From positions 32,001 to 96,000 of the forward strand of contig JBHLLP010000004.1 in the NCBI GenBank assembly GCA_048885525.1: a stretch of 64,000 nt of DNA, read 5' to 3'. A program made the translations under genes and the position numbers. This stretch comes from Candidatus Hermodarchaeota archaeon. GTDB lineage: Archaea > Asgardarchaeota > Lokiarchaeia > Sigyniarchaeales > SOKP01. Every line of letters starts with the position of its first letter. Position 1 is the first letter of the stretch. The notes under the pieces are model-generated. The model made no database searches. It saw only the letters and a program-made list of their open reading frames with translations, and was not told the origin of the DNA. Positions 20,512-30,157 of the stretch are shown one piece after another.

Positions 20512-21000
20512 ATGAGCGGGGCAAAGGATTTTCGTTATTTAATACCTGAAAGTTTATTCAAAGAAATTACCCAAAAGGCAGCAGAGGAGTACCCTCTGAT
20601 AGTACATGGGTGGTTATTTGCTGATAGAAAAGAGAATTTTGGAATTTGTACCAAATTTATCATGAACCCTGATTTACGTAAAAGTAAAGTCCATGTTAAA
20701 CCAAGAAGTTGGATGCGATACAAAAAATCAAAAATTTATAACATGCGTAAATTTAAAGCTGAAATGGGTGTAGATATTGTCTGGATGTGGCATAGTCATC
20801 CTTCTGGAAATGAAAAACTTCATGCGATTGATAAGCGAATATTGAAGTATCTCTCTAATGGTGTTATGATTATTGTTATCCCACCAGCATCGGATAAAAC
20901 TCCAGAGCAAAAACCACATCTAGTTGGATGGTATTACGATAAACGTTATACCAAAAAACCGATTATCGAAAAGATGGTCTTTGAGATAATTTCCGAATGA
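20512..21000 (+). CDS. JAB/MPN (JAMM)-domain protein, divergent
   Basis: WMWHSHPSGNEKLHAID (HxH-x10-D); N-terminal YPLIVHGWL lacks the usual Glu. Confidence 0.75.
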   Translation: MSGAKDFRYLIPESLFKEITQKAAEEYPLIVHGWLFADRKENFGICTKFIMNPDLRKSKVHVKPRSWMRYKKSKIYNMRKFKAEMGVDIVWMWHSHPSGNEKLHAIDKRILKYLSNGVMIIVIPPASDKTPEQKPHLVGWYYDKRYTKKPIIEKMVFEIISE

Positions 21001-21129
21001 TCGAAAATGAAAAATTGAAATATCTCCTTTTCTTTTATTTTTTTACTTCCTATAATAAAATATTAAAATTTTAAATTGTTATATTGAATTGGTAATTTTT
21101 ATAAACAACATTAAAATTTACTTTTATAT

Positions 21130-21212
21130 GCTCAGGTCGCTTAGCCTGGTAGAGCGCCGGTCTGCTAAACCGGTGTCCAATGGATTCGTGGGTTCAAATC
21201 CCACCCTGAGCG
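21130..21212 (+). tRNA. tRNA-Ser(GCT)
   Basis: GCTCAGG/CCTGAGC acceptor, CTGCTAA loop, long variable arm, GGTTCAAATCC. Confidence 0.93.
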
Positions 21213-21219
21213 TAGATGT

Positions 21220-21325
21220 GGGCCAGTGGTCTAGTGGTTATGACGTCGCGCTTACACCGCGAAGGTCGAGAGTTCAATTAGAAAAATGATTTCTATTTTT
21301 CTTGAAAACCTCTCCTGGCCCACCA
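21220..21325 (+). tRNA. tRNA-Val(TAC) with 30-nt T-loop intron (21279..21308, position 59/60), encoded CCA
   Basis: GGGCCAG/CTGGCCC-A-CCA, CTTACAC loop; strict BHB GAGAG-TTCA-ATT-AGAAAAAT...ATTTTTCT-TGAA-AAC-CTCTC. Confidence 0.92.
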
Positions 21326-21326
21326 T

Positions 21327-22121
21327 TTATCTATTATTGATAAGCAGTTTTTTCATTTTTTCGGGTCGTAAAGCACTTAATTTACAATTTTTCAGATCAT
21401 TTCCAATATGTGCGATAATCCCAGGAGCATCAGAACCTTCTTTTAATAAAACAATGTTTTCTAAAAAGCCAAATCTTTTTACAGTAATAATATCTCGGAA
21501 ATGTCCTTTTTTTGTAATTATTTTCTTAAACTGACCTTTAGTTTCCCCACTTAAAAATACACCTTCGATATTTTCTTCAATAATTTTACTAAAGAAATTT
21601 AAGGTTTTTGGTGTTAATTCACCTTGAAGTTTATTCTTAGTTAAATTTATCTCTGTAATTTTTATATTTATAGGAAAATGATCTATAAAATCGTATGCTT
21701 CTATAATCTGTTTTAATGATCTTTTTTTTCCTTTACATAATTGTTCCCTTAAAGTATGCAAATTTATAAGAACATCTGTTTTTGGATTCATAATAGCGCA
21801 ATCAACAAATAATCCAAAACCAACTTTTCCGACATCCACAAGTGATCCCCTTAATTCTTTCCCAACCTTAATATCGCCAAATTCATTAATACTCCCGATT
21901 TCTTTTCTTAAAATATTAAAAACAAAATCCTCTTCGGGACCACTTATGACTATTTCAAATCTTTTATCAAACTTTCTTAACTTTTTAATCTTTATATTGG
22001 TGTGTGGAAATCCTTTTACATGTTCATTCAAATATTTAATATATCTCAAGTATATATCTTCTTTCTTACCTCTATCTGATATATTATAGATCTTATCAAA
22101 CAAAACTAAATTTTGCACCAT
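21327..22121 (-). CDS. DUF2110-like protein with S1-like domain
   Basis: GSLVDVGKVGFGLFVD, GHFRDII, RFGFLE, EGSDAPGIIAHIG; ATG 22121 preferred. Confidence 0.7.
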   Translation of the reverse strand: MVQNLVLFDKIYNISDRGKKEDIYLRYIKYLNEHVKGFPHTNIKIKKLRKFDKRFEIVISGPEEDFVFNILRKEIGSINEFGDIKVGKELRGSLVDVGKVGFGLFVDCAIMNPKTDVLINLHTLREQLCKGKKRSLKQIIEAYDFIDHFPINIKITEINLTKNKLQGELTPKTLNFFSKIIEENIEGVFLSGETKGQFKKIITKKGHFRDIITVKRFGFLENIVLLKEGSDAPGIIAHIGNDLKNCKLSALRPEKMKKLLINNR

Positions 22122-22295
22122 AAGAAAACACTTAAATGCTAGTATCAATTAAAATTTAAGTATTTTAACATATAAAAAGTATAATTTTTTCTCAAATTTA
22201 AAAATGGAGACTCTATCGTTCTAAAAAGATTTATATTTCAATATTTTTATCTTTCTATAAAAATAAAAACAGAATTTTACAGAAGATGGAGAATT

Positions 22296-22667
22296 ATGGA
22301 TGAACTAAGATTTAATCATCTAGTTAATGCTTTAAACGAGTATGAAGGCGTAGAGGAGGTTTTTCTCTTAAATAATGAAGGAGATATCGTTTTTAAATCC
22401 AGAGATTTTCCTCTAACAAGCCAAGAAGCTAAAGGAATATTAAATGCTTGGAAAACAAAAGAACCCGCTCTTGAATTTCAGAATTATCGATTTGCAATTT
22501 TGAAGAACGATGAGATACAATTAGCCGCCAAAAATATAGGTGCTGGGAAAGGGAATATCATTGGTTCCATAACAAAAGAGGGAGATTATCTCGTTGCTCA
22601 TACCAGAGATGAAAGTATGATTTTATTAGAGTGGTCTATTTTTATAAATAAAGTTGCTTGGTCATAA
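22296..22667 (+). CDS. profilin-like protein (eukaryotic signature protein)
   Basis: 123 aa; pattern VFLLNNEGDIVF...LEFQNYRFAILK.....LAAKNIGAGKGNII resembles Asgard profilins, recognised from memory and not searched. Confidence 0.6.
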   Translation: MDELRFNHLVNALNEYEGVEEVFLLNNEGDIVFKSRDFPLTSQEAKGILNAWKTKEPALEFQNYRFAILKNDEIQLAAKNIGAGKGNIIGSITKEGDYLVAHTRDESMILLEWSIFINKVAWS

Positions 22668-22919
22668 AAATGCAAGATATAGAGCAGATTGATATAACAC
22701 GGCTCTAATCTTCTTTTTATACTCTTTTTTTAAAATATATAAAAAAAATATTTATTATATCTTTTATTACTACTTTTTAACTAAAGTAAAATAAAATCAA
22801 AAAATAATATAAATAGAAAGAATTAATTAAAAAAAATCTTTAAAAAAGATTATCCAATTTAGTGATATCTATTAGGATTTTAATTGATTCTGTAAAAACA
22901 CTAAGGAGGTTGATGAAAT

Positions 22920-23636
22920 ATTTTCCAAGGTCAAGGACGTGGCTATGATATGGCTATTACCCAATTTTCACCAGAAGGGCGGCTGTTTCAAGTCGAATAT
23001 GCCATTGAAGCTGTCCGAAGAGGTACTACCGCAATAGTATGTAGAAATAAAAATTCAGTAGTATTCACAGTAGAAAAGAAAAGTTCTGAACTTCAAGAGG
23101 ATAGTGCAGGTTCAGAAAAAATATTTAAAATTGATGATCATATCGGAGTGGCTATTGCTGGATTAACAGCTGATGCCCGCGTTTTAATAGATAGAGCCCG
23201 AGTTCAAGCTCAAGTTAATATATTAAATTATGATGAAAGAATTACTGTTAAAGATAGCACTTTAAATATTTGTGAATATAAACAGGTTTTTACGCAGAAT
23301 GCAGGTGTAAGACCTTTTGGTGTATCTTTTCTGATAGCTGGAATAGATTCAAATGGACCCTCCTTATATCTTACGGACCCAAGTGGTGCGATGTGGTCAT
23401 ATTTTGCATTCGCAATTGGCTCACAAGCCACTGAAGCAAGGGCTTACCTTGAAGAACATTATAAAGAGGATATGAGTGATGATGAATTGAAGTTATTACC
23501 CTTAAGAACACTCAAAGAATTGATGGGTGATAATTTAAATAAACATACATGTGATGTAGCTTTTATTTTAAAGGAAGATAAAACTTTTAAGCTATTAAAT
23601 TTGGAAGAGAAGGAAGAATTATTAAATAAATTGTGA
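22920..23636 (+). CDS. psmA: proteasome alpha subunit, probable ATT start
   Basis: (I)FQGQGRGYDMAITQFSPEGRLFQVEYA; the conserved GYD lies upstream of ATG 22950; AGGAGGT lies 9 nt before ATT 22920. Confidence 0.93.
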   Translation: MFQGQGRGYDMAITQFSPEGRLFQVEYAIEAVRRGTTAIVCRNKNSVVFTVEKKSSELQEDSAGSEKIFKIDDHIGVAIAGLTADARVLIDRARVQAQVNILNYDERITVKDSTLNICEYKQVFTQNAGVRPFGVSFLIAGIDSNGPSLYLTDPSGAMWSYFAFAIGSQATEARAYLEEHYKEDMSDDELKLLPLRTLKELMGDNLNKHTCDVAFILKEDKTFKLLNLEEKEELLNKL

Positions 23637-23760
23637 CTTCCAAAAAATTATAAGAAAATCAAGGTAGAACCCTTTTATATTTATCTTTTAACAGAAAGAC
23701 AAAAAAATAGGAAGAAAAGGAATCGAGATAATTCAATAATTTACATTGTGAATCCATAAC

Positions 23761-24552
23761 ATGATTGATAGGGCAAGGATTGATTTAGGCGGATTTATTA
23801 TAGGGCGAATTGAAAATTCAGGCAGAATATTCGAAATGCTAATGGATCCTGAGAAAGCATGGGAAGCAAAAAAAATTATTCGGGAAGAAATCAATGCTAG
23901 ATTAAAAGCAGGTAAAGAGAAATCTCGGCTTAAAGTAGAAGAGATATTAAACGATCAAAAAATTAATTTAGAACTTATTTTTGAGAGTTTTATGGTATTT
24001 GAAGATTTGAGAAGAGGAAAAAAGGCTACTGATGGAGATATGGAAGTAGTATTTAATACTACAGATGGAAAGACCATTGCGGCACATATTCTATTAGAAG
24101 GAGAAATACATTGGACAAAAACTCAAAGAGAAGAAGAAAAGCAAAAGAAATTAAAACAAATCATAACAATTATCACTAAAAATGCTATTAATCCACAGAA
24201 TAAAAAACCCCATCCATATCAGCGAATTGAAAAGGCAATTGAAGAAGCAAATGTTAAAATTGATCTAATGAGAAGTGCTGAAGAACAAGTTGAGGATGTA
24301 GTTAAGAGTATTCGAGCGATCATTCCTATTAGAATAGAACAAGTCGAAATGGCTATTAAGATACCAACAGCTTTTACAGCAAAGGGTTATAATATTGTTG
24401 CTCAATACGTACAAATCAAGAAAGAAGAGTGGCAATCTGATGGTTCTTGGGTTTCTGTTGTAAGTTTACCTGCAGGTTTACAAATGGAATTAATTGATAA
24501 ATTAAACAAGTTAACTCATGGAAGAGTCCAAACTAAAGTATTAAAATCCTAG
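23761..24552 (+). CDS. ribosome maturation factor SBDS
   Basis: NAINPQNKKPHPYQRIEKAIEEA, KEEWQSDGSW; position in exosome superoperon. Confidence 0.92.
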   Translation: MIDRARIDLGGFIIGRIENSGRIFEMLMDPEKAWEAKKIIREEINARLKAGKEKSRLKVEEILNDQKINLELIFESFMVFEDLRRGKKATDGDMEVVFNTTDGKTIAAHILLEGEIHWTKTQREEEKQKKLKQIITIITKNAINPQNKKPHPYQRIEKAIEEANVKIDLMRSAEEQVEDVVKSIRAIIPIRIEQVEMAIKIPTAFTAKGYNIVAQYVQIKKEEWQSDGSWVSVVSLPAGLQMELIDKLNKLTHGRVQTKVLKS

Positions 24553-24643
24553 TCAAAATGGGTTTAATTCATTCTTTTATATATTAATTTTTTTGATAAA
24601 GATTAGGAGAATAAGCAAATTTAAAAAAAATGTGAGTAATAAT

Positions 24644-25423
24644 ATGGAACAAGATGAAGAACTAGATAATGATGAATTCGAAGATTTTGGAGAAGATGAT
24701 GATTCCAGAGATATTGTTGTGCCTGGAGAAGTTTTAACTGAAGATGTTAAAAACTTTTTACCTGGAAGGGGAACAATCTTAAATAAAGAGAAGAATAAAA
24801 TAATTTCTTTGAATATAGGATTGAAGCAAATAAAAAAAAATTATGTAAATGTAATTCCTCTTAGGGGATTTTATACTCCGCGTCCTGGTGATAAAGTTAT
24901 TGCTTTAGTAGTTGATAAAAATCCAGTCAAATATAAATGTGATATAAATGCTAAGGAATTTGGTCAACTTAAACCTAAAAATACAATTAAAAGGGGCAGG
25001 ACAAAAGGTTTCAGAGGTAGTGATGCTTCTAAAGAAGAAGGAGGTACTGAAAAATTTGAAATAGGAGATATTTTAATTGTAAAAATTCTCTCTGCAGATC
25101 GTTTAAATAAACCTGAGTTGACAACAGTTGGAAAATATTTAGGTAAAAAAACGGGTGGTATTGTTATTACTATAGATCCACCAAAAATTCCAAGAGTTAT
25201 TGGAAGAAATGGTTCAATGATTAAAATGCTAAAATCTTTAACTAATTGTAATATTTTTGTCACACAAAATGGGCGTATATGGCTGAAAGGTGAAGATATT
25301 GCCCATGAAAGACTACTTATTGAATCAATTCACAAAATTGCTTCTGAAGCCCATACTGTTGGCTTAACAGATAGAATGCAAGAATTTATAATAAATGAAA
25401 AAAAGAAGCGAGGTATTGAATGA
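24644..25423 (+). CDS. rrp4: exosome RNA-binding subunit Rrp4
   Basis: IVVPGEVL, YTPRPGDKVI, IPRVIGRNGSMI, QNGRIW, AHTVGLTDR; ATG 24644 with acidic N-terminus. Confidence 0.93.
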   Translation: MEQDEELDNDEFEDFGEDDDSRDIVVPGEVLTEDVKNFLPGRGTILNKEKNKIISLNIGLKQIKKNYVNVIPLRGFYTPRPGDKVIALVVDKNPVKYKCDINAKEFGQLKPKNTIKRGRTKGFRGSDASKEEGGTEKFEIGDILIVKILSADRLNKPELTTVGKYLGKKTGGIVITIDPPKIPRVIGRNGSMIKMLKSLTNCNIFVTQNGRIWLKGEDIAHERLLIESIHKIASEAHTVGLTDRMQEFIINEKKKRGIE

Positions 25424-26209
25424 ATGCCATTAATAATTAAAGACGAGTATCCTGAGAAATTATTTCGTAAAGATGGAAAAAGACTTGATGGTCGTAATTT
25501 AAAAGAATTAAGACCAATAAAAATGAAGGTTGGAGTTATTCAAAACGCAGATGGATCTGCATATCTCGAATGGGGTAATAACAAAATCTTTGCTGCTGTA
25601 TATGGTCCTAGAGAAGTACACCCTCATCATCTAGCAAAACCAGATAAAGGAATTCTAAGAGTATTTTACAGAATGGCTACTTTTTCTGTATTCGATAGAA
25701 AAAGACCTGCTCCTGGACGTCGTGAAAAGGAAATCTCAATGATTGTTGCAGATTGTCTAGAACCAGTCCTTTTTCTGGAACTCTATCCTGGTACCAGTTT
25801 CGAAGTCTTCATTGAAGTTATGGACGCCGATGGTGGAACAAGATGTGCAAGTACAACAGTAGCAGCATTAGCATTAGCCGATGCTGGGATCCCTATGAAA
25901 AGTTTAGTATCTGCTATTGCAGTAGGAAAAATTGATGGAAAAAAAGTTATTGATCTTTCAGGAATTGAAGATAAAGCAGGAGAAGCAGATTTACCAATCG
26001 CCATTACTTGGTATAACGAGGAAGTTTCATTACTCCAATTTGATGGAGATATGGATTTGATTGAGATGAATGATTTTTTAGATGATGCGAAAGAAGCATT
26101 AAAAAACATACACAAAATTCAATTAGATGCCTTGAAAAGTAAATATATAAAATTACAAGAAGAAACAAAAGAGGAAAATGAAAAAGAAGGCAAAAAAGGT
26201 GATGAATGA
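25424..26209 (+). CDS. rrp41: exosome exonuclease Rrp41
   Basis: RLDGR, ADGSAYLEWG, YGPREVHP, ADGGTRCA. Confidence 0.95.
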   Translation: MPLIIKDEYPEKLFRKDGKRLDGRNLKELRPIKMKVGVIQNADGSAYLEWGNNKIFAAVYGPREVHPHHLAKPDKGILRVFYRMATFSVFDRKRPAPGRREKEISMIVADCLEPVLFLELYPGTSFEVFIEVMDADGGTRCASTTVAALALADAGIPMKSLVSAIAVGKIDGKKVIDLSGIEDKAGEADLPIAITWYNEEVSLLQFDGDMDLIEMNDFLDDAKEALKNIHKIQLDALKSKYIKLQEETKEENEKEGKKGDE

Positions 26210-27039
26210 AAATGATGGACGTAAGACGAATTATTTCAAAAATTGAAAGAGAATATATAGTATCAAATTTAAGAAAAGAAGAAAGAATTGATGGTAGAGG
26301 ACTCTGGGAATATCGTGATTTTCAAATAAACCCTGATATTATTGCTTCTGCAGAAGGTTCTGCAGATGTTTCTTTAGGAGACACCAGGATTATAACGGGT
26401 TTAAAATATGAAGTGGGCGAACCTTTTCCAGATCTCCCTAATGAAGGTGTATGTACTGTCATGGCAGAATTACTTCCTATAGCATCTCCTTTATTTGAAA
26501 GAGGCCCTCCTGATGAACAATCAATTGAATTAGCTCGTGTTGTAGATCGTGGAATTAGACATGCAGATTGTGTTCAGACTAAGAAACTCTGTATTAAAGA
26601 AAACGAAGCAGTATATATACTTTTTGTTGATATGTACGTAATTAATTATGGTGGTAATCTAATTGATGCTGGTGGGGTTAGTGCATTAACAACATTAATT
26701 TCTGCTCATATTCCCGAAGGAATTATTGGTGAAAATGGCCTTGAATGGACTGGTAAATATATATACGGAGACACGATTGTAAACGAATTACCACTAGTAT
26801 TAACATATGGAAAAATTGATGATATTATTTTCTTGGATCCAAGTTTACCCGAAGAGTTAGTTAGCGATGGTAAAATTTCGATTTCAGTCACAGAAAATAA
26901 AATTACATCTATCCAAAAGAGTGGAGCTGCTACATTTTCAATTGATGAGATCAAAAAACTAGGCGAAAAATCTTTAGAAATTGGCAGAAAATTGAGAAAA
27001 GATTTAAATTTTTTACAATATTTAACCAAAATTGATTAA
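26206..27039 (+). CDS. rrp42: exosome subunit Rrp42
   Basis: RIDGRG, AEGSA, IELARVVDRGIR, IQKSG. Confidence 0.95.
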   Translation: MKMMDVRRIISKIEREYIVSNLRKEERIDGRGLWEYRDFQINPDIIASAEGSADVSLGDTRIITGLKYEVGEPFPDLPNEGVCTVMAELLPIASPLFERGPPDEQSIELARVVDRGIRHADCVQTKKLCIKENEAVYILFVDMYVINYGGNLIDAGGVSALTTLISAHIPEGIIGENGLEWTGKYIYGDTIVNELPLVLTYGKIDDIIFLDPSLPEELVSDGKISISVTENKITSIQKSGAATFSIDEIKKLGEKSLEIGRKLRKDLNFLQYLTKID

Positions 27040-27244
27040 TTTTTTAAATAATTTTTTTCTTATTTAATTTTTAGTATTAATATAGATTTTAAGATAAATT
27101 CATATTGATTTTAGGTATAAATTCTTATAATATGTAATAATTCCTAAGTTTGAATAAGTGTGAGATACTTAAATTTAGAAAAATTTATAGTTTATCCTAT
27201 TTTTTAATATATCATCAACTATTCAATTCTAATTTTCATATAAT

Positions 27245-27526
27245 ATGACAAAGAAGGTTGGCATAACAGGAAAATACGGTGCAAGATATGGAAGCACACT
27301 AAGGAAAAGAACTCGTATTATTCTAGAAAAGATGAAAGGAGATATAACATGTCCAAGGTGTATAACCAAAGGTTCTATTTCTAGAATTTCAACAGGTATT
27401 TGGCATTGTAAAAAATGCAACGCACGATTTACGGGAGGAGCTTATGATATAGAAACTCCCCGAGGTGTGGAATCTTTCAGAATAGCAAAACGCAAGCAAC
27501 GTGAGCTAGAAATAACTGAAGAATAA
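27245..27526 (+). CDS. rpl37ae: ribosomal protein eL43 (L37ae)
   Basis: GKYGARYGSTLRK, CPRC, GIWHCKKC, FTGGAY. Confidence 0.96.
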   Translation: MTKKVGITGKYGARYGSTLRKRTRIILEKMKGDITCPRCITKGSISRISTGIWHCKKCNARFTGGAYDIETPRGVESFRIAKRKQRELEITEE

Positions 27527-27798
27527 TGAGCAATAATAAATATTTTTCAATAAATTCATCAATAGAATTTAAATTTGAATCTTCTAAAATAAGAGATATT
27601 TCATACAACTCATTTTTACCAGAGTTTAAAAAATTACAAACTAAACGATCCCAAATTTCTATGGAAAAAATGAATGATAAGCGCATAGTATTTGTGATAA
27701 TAAGCAATGATATCACTGCTTTTCGTGCTTCTGTCAATGAAATCATTAGCTTTGGGAAAGTGATAACGAATTCGTTGAAAATAGTTGATAATTCATAG
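27526..27798 (+). CDS. pcc1: KEOPS subunit Pcc1
   Basis: SNDITAFRASVN motif, size and superoperon position. Confidence 0.8.
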   Translation: MSNNKYFSINSSIEFKFESSKIRDISYNSFLPEFKKLQTKRSQISMEKMNDKRIVFVIISNDITAFRASVNEIISFGKVITNSLKIVDNS

Positions 27799-27865
27799 AA
27801 AAGAATATATTATTTGTAATATGAAATACAATATTAAAGAACATACCTAAATTGATAGAATTATT

Positions 27866-28219
27866 ATGACAATCAATCTCGATAATTTGAACGAAGAACA
27901 AAAAAATAAATTAATAAATCTTAACAATTTACAGCAATCTTTTGAATTTATTACATCTCAAAGATTACAAGTTGAGAGTACGTTAAGAGAAACTGAGTTA
28001 GCAATTGAGGAATTAGAGAAAATAAATTCTGAAGAAGCTGTTTATAAAGCTATCGGAGGAATCTTGGTAAAAAGTGAAAAAAATAAGCTTTTAGATGAGA
28101 AGAAATCTCTTAAAGTTACACTTGAGATGCGTTTAAAGACTTTAAAACAAAAGGAAGAACGAGTTAAATCCCAAATTGAAACTATGAGGAAATCCCTTCA
28201 AGCAGATTTTCAAAAATAA
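27866..28219 (+). CDS. pfdB: prefoldin beta subunit
   Basis: Coiled coils around VYKAIGGILVK. Confidence 0.92.
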   Translation: MTINLDNLNEEQKNKLINLNNLQQSFEFITSQRLQVESTLRETELAIEELEKINSEEAVYKAIGGILVKSEKNKLLDEKKSLKVTLEMRLKTLKQKEERVKSQIETMRKSLQADFQK

Positions 28220-28236
28220 AATTCAAAGAAAGTTTT

Positions 28237-29244
28237 ATGTTGAAATACAGATTTGATAATTTTTTAGCTTTCTTAAATAATAAAAATATCATAATTATAA
28301 CTCATGATTTAGTAGATATTGATGGTTTAGTCTCTTGTTTTACCTTAAGATATTTTTTAAAACAATACTTTAAAAAACAGAAGATAACTATATATTTTTC
28401 AGAATTCACTAAATCAGCAAAAAATTATTTTTATAAGATAACTGAAAAGTTTCCTGAATTCGATTTTTCTTATGATAAAACCTTCCCTATTTCTAGTAAT
28501 GACGTTGTATTAATATTGGATACAAATAATCCAAACCAAATTGAATTAAATACTAATTTGAATATCTTCAACTTAAATATTCCTCTTATATATATTGATC
28601 ATCATTATCTAGGGGAAAAATCAGAAAACGATAGTTTCGAAACATCAAGTCTAATATTTGAAAATTATTCCTCAACATCAGAGATAATATTAGACCTTTA
28701 TGACCTTTACAACGTACCACTCACCATTCCTTTAAAAATCCTTATGATTACAGCAATAATAACTGATTCAGGCTTTTTTAAACACGGAAGCAATAAAACG
28801 ATTCAAAATGTAAGTAAACTAATTGGTGAGGACATAAACATTCAAGATGTTTTTTTATTATTAAAAAATGAAACGGATATATCAGAAAAAATCGCTAAAA
28901 TTAAAGGTATGCAGAGAGTAAAGTTAATAAGAGAGCAAGATTTTTTAATTGGAATTACAAATGTCAGCAGTTATGGGGCAAGCGTAGCCACTATGTTAAT
29001 TAAATTGGGATTTGACATTGCGATTGTTCTCTCAAAAGAAGTAGATCAATATAGAATTAACACACGCGCCAAAAAAGTAATTTGTTTAAATACAGGATTA
29101 CACTTAGGAAAAGTTTTAGAAGAAATCTCAAAAAATTGCAATGGAAATGGTGGTGGACATAATGGTGCAGCATCTATAACCATAAATAAGGAACCAGATA
29201 CAATAATCAATTACATTATTGAAAAAATTAAGAATTATATTTAA
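28237..29244 (+). CDS. DHH/DHHA1 phosphoesterase
   Basis: THDLVDIDG, LDT, IDHH, GGGHNGAA. Confidence 0.9.
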   Translation: MLKYRFDNFLAFLNNKNIIIITHDLVDIDGLVSCFTLRYFLKQYFKKQKITIYFSEFTKSAKNYFYKITEKFPEFDFSYDKTFPISSNDVVLILDTNNPNQIELNTNLNIFNLNIPLIYIDHHYLGEKSENDSFETSSLIFENYSSTSEIILDLYDLYNVPLTIPLKILMITAIITDSGFFKHGSNKTIQNVSKLIGEDINIQDVFLLLKNETDISEKIAKIKGMQRVKLIREQDFLIGITNVSSYGASVATMLIKLGFDIAIVLSKEVDQYRINTRAKKVICLNTGLHLGKVLEEISKNCNGNGGGHNGAASITINKEPDTIINYIIEKIKNYI

Positions 29245-29306
29245 TCTAAGTTTTAAATAATCAATCATTATAAGAGAACAAAATCTGTAATGAATTAAAT
29301 CTCACC

Positions 29307-30146
29307 ATGGATTTGGCAAGATTTGAGAGTTTTTATTTTCGTTATAAAGGAAATGAAGAATATGCTCTAAATAATATTAATTTAAAAATTGAAAATAATG
29401 ACTCTAAATTTATTTTATTAGCCGGTGAAACTGGTTCCGGGAAAACTTCATTAATTAGATGTATGAATGGTTTAATTCCGCAATTTTATAGTGGTTTTTA
29501 TAGAGGGAAAGTAGAGATACAAGGAAAAAATACGACTGAAACACCTATAGCAGATTTATCTACTGACGTAGGAATAGTATTTCAAAATCCAGAAAATCAA
29601 TTAATATCTATGAATGTTGAACATGAAATTGCTTTTGGATTAGAGAATTTAGGCTTTCCATCAAAAGAGATTTCAAATCGAATAAATGAAACTGCTTCAT
29701 TAACCGAAATTGAACATATTCTAGATAAAGCTCCTTTTGAGTTGAGTGGTGGTGAACAACAACGAGTTGCAATAGCATCGATTTTAGTATTAGAACCTAA
29801 AATTTTAATTCTAGATGAACCCACTGCTTTACTCGACCCTTATATGGCCAAAAAAATAATAAATTTGCTTCAAGAGATTCGAAGAGAGAAAAAAATAACA
29901 ATTATAATAAGCGAACATCGTCTTGATTTAATTTTACCTTTCACAGAACAAATAATTTTAATGAAGAAAGGCAGTATTATTAGACACGATTCTTGCGAAA
30001 AAGTCATAAATGGAGATGATTTTCAAAGATTAAGATTAAATAAACCTGTTATTTTCTCAATCTTTCATCAGCTCAAAAAAGAAAATTTATTTAATAAAAA
30101 TATCCCCATTTCCATTTCAGAAGCAATAAAATCTTTAAAATCTTAA
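29307..30146 (+). CDS. ECF transporter ATPase (EcfA)
   Basis: GETGSGKT, VFQNPENQ, LSGGEQQR, LDEPT. Confidence 0.9.
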   Translation: MDLARFESFYFRYKGNEEYALNNINLKIENNDSKFILLAGETGSGKTSLIRCMNGLIPQFYSGFYRGKVEIQGKNTTETPIADLSTDVGIVFQNPENQLISMNVEHEIAFGLENLGFPSKEISNRINETASLTEIEHILDKAPFELSGGEQQRVAIASILVLEPKILILDEPTALLDPYMAKKIINLLQEIRREKKITIIISEHRLDLILPFTEQIILMKKGSIIRHDSCEKVINGDDFQRLRLNKPVIFSIFHQLKKENLFNKNIPISISEAIKSLKS

Positions 30147-30157
30147 TTATTAATTGG

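Noticed and set aside
21089-21534. ORFs 21089..21289 and 21286..21534
   Set aside because: They overlap tRNA-Ser/tRNA-Val and the antisense strand of the DUF2110-like gene
22913-22930. ATG 22913 as psmA start via a frameshift
   Set aside because: Out of frame and only 2 nt from the SD; ATT 22920 fits spacing and family N-terminus better. An indel error cannot be excluded without reads
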